Below, piece by piece: positions 61,321 through 64,000 of a DNA stretch of 64,000 bases; the first letter of the stretch is position 1, and each line of letters starts with the position of its first letter. The stretch is from Callorhinchus milii (Eukaryota). The stretch spans positions 32,056,001-32,120,000 of the forward strand of contig NW_024704742.1 of NCBI RefSeq assembly GCF_018977255.1, written 5' to 3'. Made by a program: the position numbers and the translations under genes. Under the pieces are notes generated by a model. The model was not told where the DNA came from. It was given only the letters and a program-made list of their open reading frames with translations, and did no database searches.

Positions 61321-64000
61321 GACATGAACTGCCCCACCTCATCCCATGGATCTTCCATTTAAGAGCTCATTGCAATAGGAGGAGTTCATATTCCTATCGC
61401 TTGTCGCACGTGCCATATCGCAAGACCCAGGTTTCACGCATTCATTATGCTGAACAGTTTCATTAAAAAATAACTTGAAAGTGAAATTAGGTAGTGAAAG
61501 TTTAAGATTATCACTGGAAAAATTAAAGGGCAGAGGAAACCTTTCAATGGAAAGGGTAATCATAATATGAAATCCTTTCCTATCGTGACTGAACTGAATT
61601 TAAGCCTTTGAAAAGGGAGAATACAAAGAGCTTGTGGTAAAGAGCAGGGAACTGGGATATGTTAGCTTCAGAGGTTCAGCTAGGAACAGCATCAATTAAA
61701 TGGGTTAACATAGTGAATCAGTGAATTTGTGGAAGAAACATTAAAGCATCACGATTGTGCTATACCTTCCTTTGACACACAGAAGCTTTGTCAAATTCCT
61801 GACCTCATTCACAACAGAGATTGGCTGTTTTCAATAGTTCAAATCTGACGGTTTGTAGAGAAAAATGCCGACAAGGAAAACATTTCCTTCATGCAGGCTC
61901 AGTGGGAGCAGCTAATATTCACCTTATCTACACGATATGGAGATAAAAAATGCAATGTTCTCTAACAGACAATTCCATTACGTAATAATGCTTTCCCCTC
62001 CTCAACAATCATAATAATGATCCTTGCATTTAATTGCTTTTAAAGTTTTCAAAGTGCTTCACTTTGCTGTCAAGTGTAGGATGCTATCATACAGAAATAG
62101 CCAAAACATCTTCCACAACTGCACAGGCTGTCTTAAAAAGTCAAATTGAATGCCTGTAATTAGGCAGCAGCAACAATACATCAAAGTCTGGAGATACTGT
62201 ATTTTAAAGTCTGAGATCCATTGAATAAAGGTTACTGATATACTTTTAACTTGAAATAGGCACTAATATGTAAAGGATGTATATTGATGGAACTAAGAAA
62301 TCTTGTATTATCCTGATAAGGGATTTAAATGTGTAGAGCTCGTGAATAATTATATACCTAGTGGTATGACTCAGGGTTGGTTTAGAAGGAGATAGAAAAT
62401 GTAAATGGAGAAACAGAAAACCAATCCAATTCATTGTCTCAACTGCTATAATTTTACAGCCTCCCAATCTTGCCCCATTTTTTTCCCTGCCACTCCTAAA
62501 TGTGGTGACTTTCTGGGATGCATTTCTATGGGTGGTATCCATCATCTAGTAACTTGCCTAAGTGATCATTCTTCATGTACGATCCTTAACAGTGAGTGTC
62601 TGCAGCATTTGACCAAGGGAGCAAAATAGATCATTTTGGTTCTTTTCCCACCCAATATCCATGCGCACTTTCAGCAGTGTTAATAATGCGACAGGAGGTG
62701 ATAAGAGTATAGTGTTTACTTTATAAAACAAACAGTAAAGCTCACTATCTATAATTAACTTTGACATAAAACAATACAATAATAATGACACAGATATAGG
62801 AAACAAACACGTGTCCAGACACTGTTCCTTTCTCCAGACCAAAGGAGTAGTACTGACGATACAGGTACAACAACACATATCCAGGTACTGTTTCATACTC
62901 CAGACTAAACAGTAGACCTGGGATCACAACTTGACATACACTGGAGAGATCAGCCCCTGGAAATACCCTGAGAGACAACTGACTCTTGTAATACCAACAC
63001 TAATCAGGGACTGGTGATCGGTAAACCCTTGGACCCAACAGTCATACCCACCAATATTCATTCAACAATGGGAACAGCAAATCACAAAGAGTGGCTCCGG
63101 TAAACTCAACAGACACAACGAACTGTTAGCCCAGACCTAACTCATACTGCCTAACCTGACTCCTGGGTTTCCCTGGAGCAACTACTACTACTGTTATTAC
63201 TTCTCTGCTTAGCAAACAGAACCCAAACCACATTACCCACTATTCCCCCTCTTTCACTTTTAATGGTCACTTTCTTATTGGAGGTAAATTCCCTCACCCT
63301 GTAGATACAGTAGAATTGATATCGATTCCATTTGGGAAGTGTGCTGACCTTCTACGCAACTCTATTTCCAAGTTACATCTTTCTTTTACTTGTTTCCAAC
63401 TCCACCTATACCCTTATCACAGAGATAGCCCCCACCCTTTGCATCTGCTTTTCACAGACAGCGATATAGACAACTTCTGGGCAGCCTTCCACAGCCTGCG
63501 TGTTCCTCAGCCTTGAGGCAGGTGTCTGAGGCTGCAGCACTTTTCTTTCTGTGGTCCAATATTCTTACATCTATGTTCAAGGTCCCGATTGGTCATTATC
63601 TCAGAGAAGTGAACATCTTTCCAGGAAAATATGAAATGTAATCAGAAGCTGACCTCAGCCCATCCAGCAAAGCTACTTTTAACTATTTAACTATCAAATC
63701 TTCTGGAACATTCGGTTACTGTTTGAAATATACCAATGTATCCCGAGGTGATAGTCAATATATTTCAACAGCACAGGTCATGGGATATAAATCGGAAACA
63801 AATATCCTGACTTATTTTTGCTCAGGAATATGGAAGCCATTTGTAGCACTCAATTTTGTTGTGGATGACGCAACTTAATGGTAGGTACTCTACAAGCGGG
63901 ACAATTATCCACTGAGACAACGAAGGTGCCCATCTCTGCAATAGGCTATTCATGACAGAAGGTTGTAGGTCTTTGCTGAGTGAGCTGATTTCAGCCATGG

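Noticed and set aside
56000..64000. KIAA0895/MATCAP2 coding exons expected head-to-head with ANLN
   Set aside because: No recognisable coding exon found on the plus strand in this interval.

Overview
Vertebrate genomic DNA. The repeat content (tRNA-headed SINEs, Deu-domain SINEs, L2 and CR1 LINE fragments) points to a cartilaginous fish, probably a chimaera such as Callorhinchus; this taxon call is an inference. The main feature is a complete 24-coding-exon anillin gene (ANLN) on the minus strand, CDS 55923->19134, about 1219 aa if one base is restored. All 23 introns are GT-AG and splice phases are consistent except across exon 5. Exon 5 carries about 6.5 copies of a 72-bp (24-aa) coding repeat with recurring LKK(I/T)E motifs resembling the WH2/beta-thymosin actin-binding motif, and one unit is 1 bp short, giving an apparent frameshift that is probably an assembly error. 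The CpG-island promoter has a palindromic double CHR, CCAAT boxes, GC boxes and a perfect CArG box. Other observations: a candidate extra micro-exon, a TA-flanked pogo/Tigger-type MITE, a 52-bp direct repeat bracketing an inverted SINE pair, and an unrecognised three-copy repeat whose longest copy carries a decayed reading frame. Exon coordinates were read by hand; repeat boundaries are approximate. Human comparisons are from memory, not from a search.
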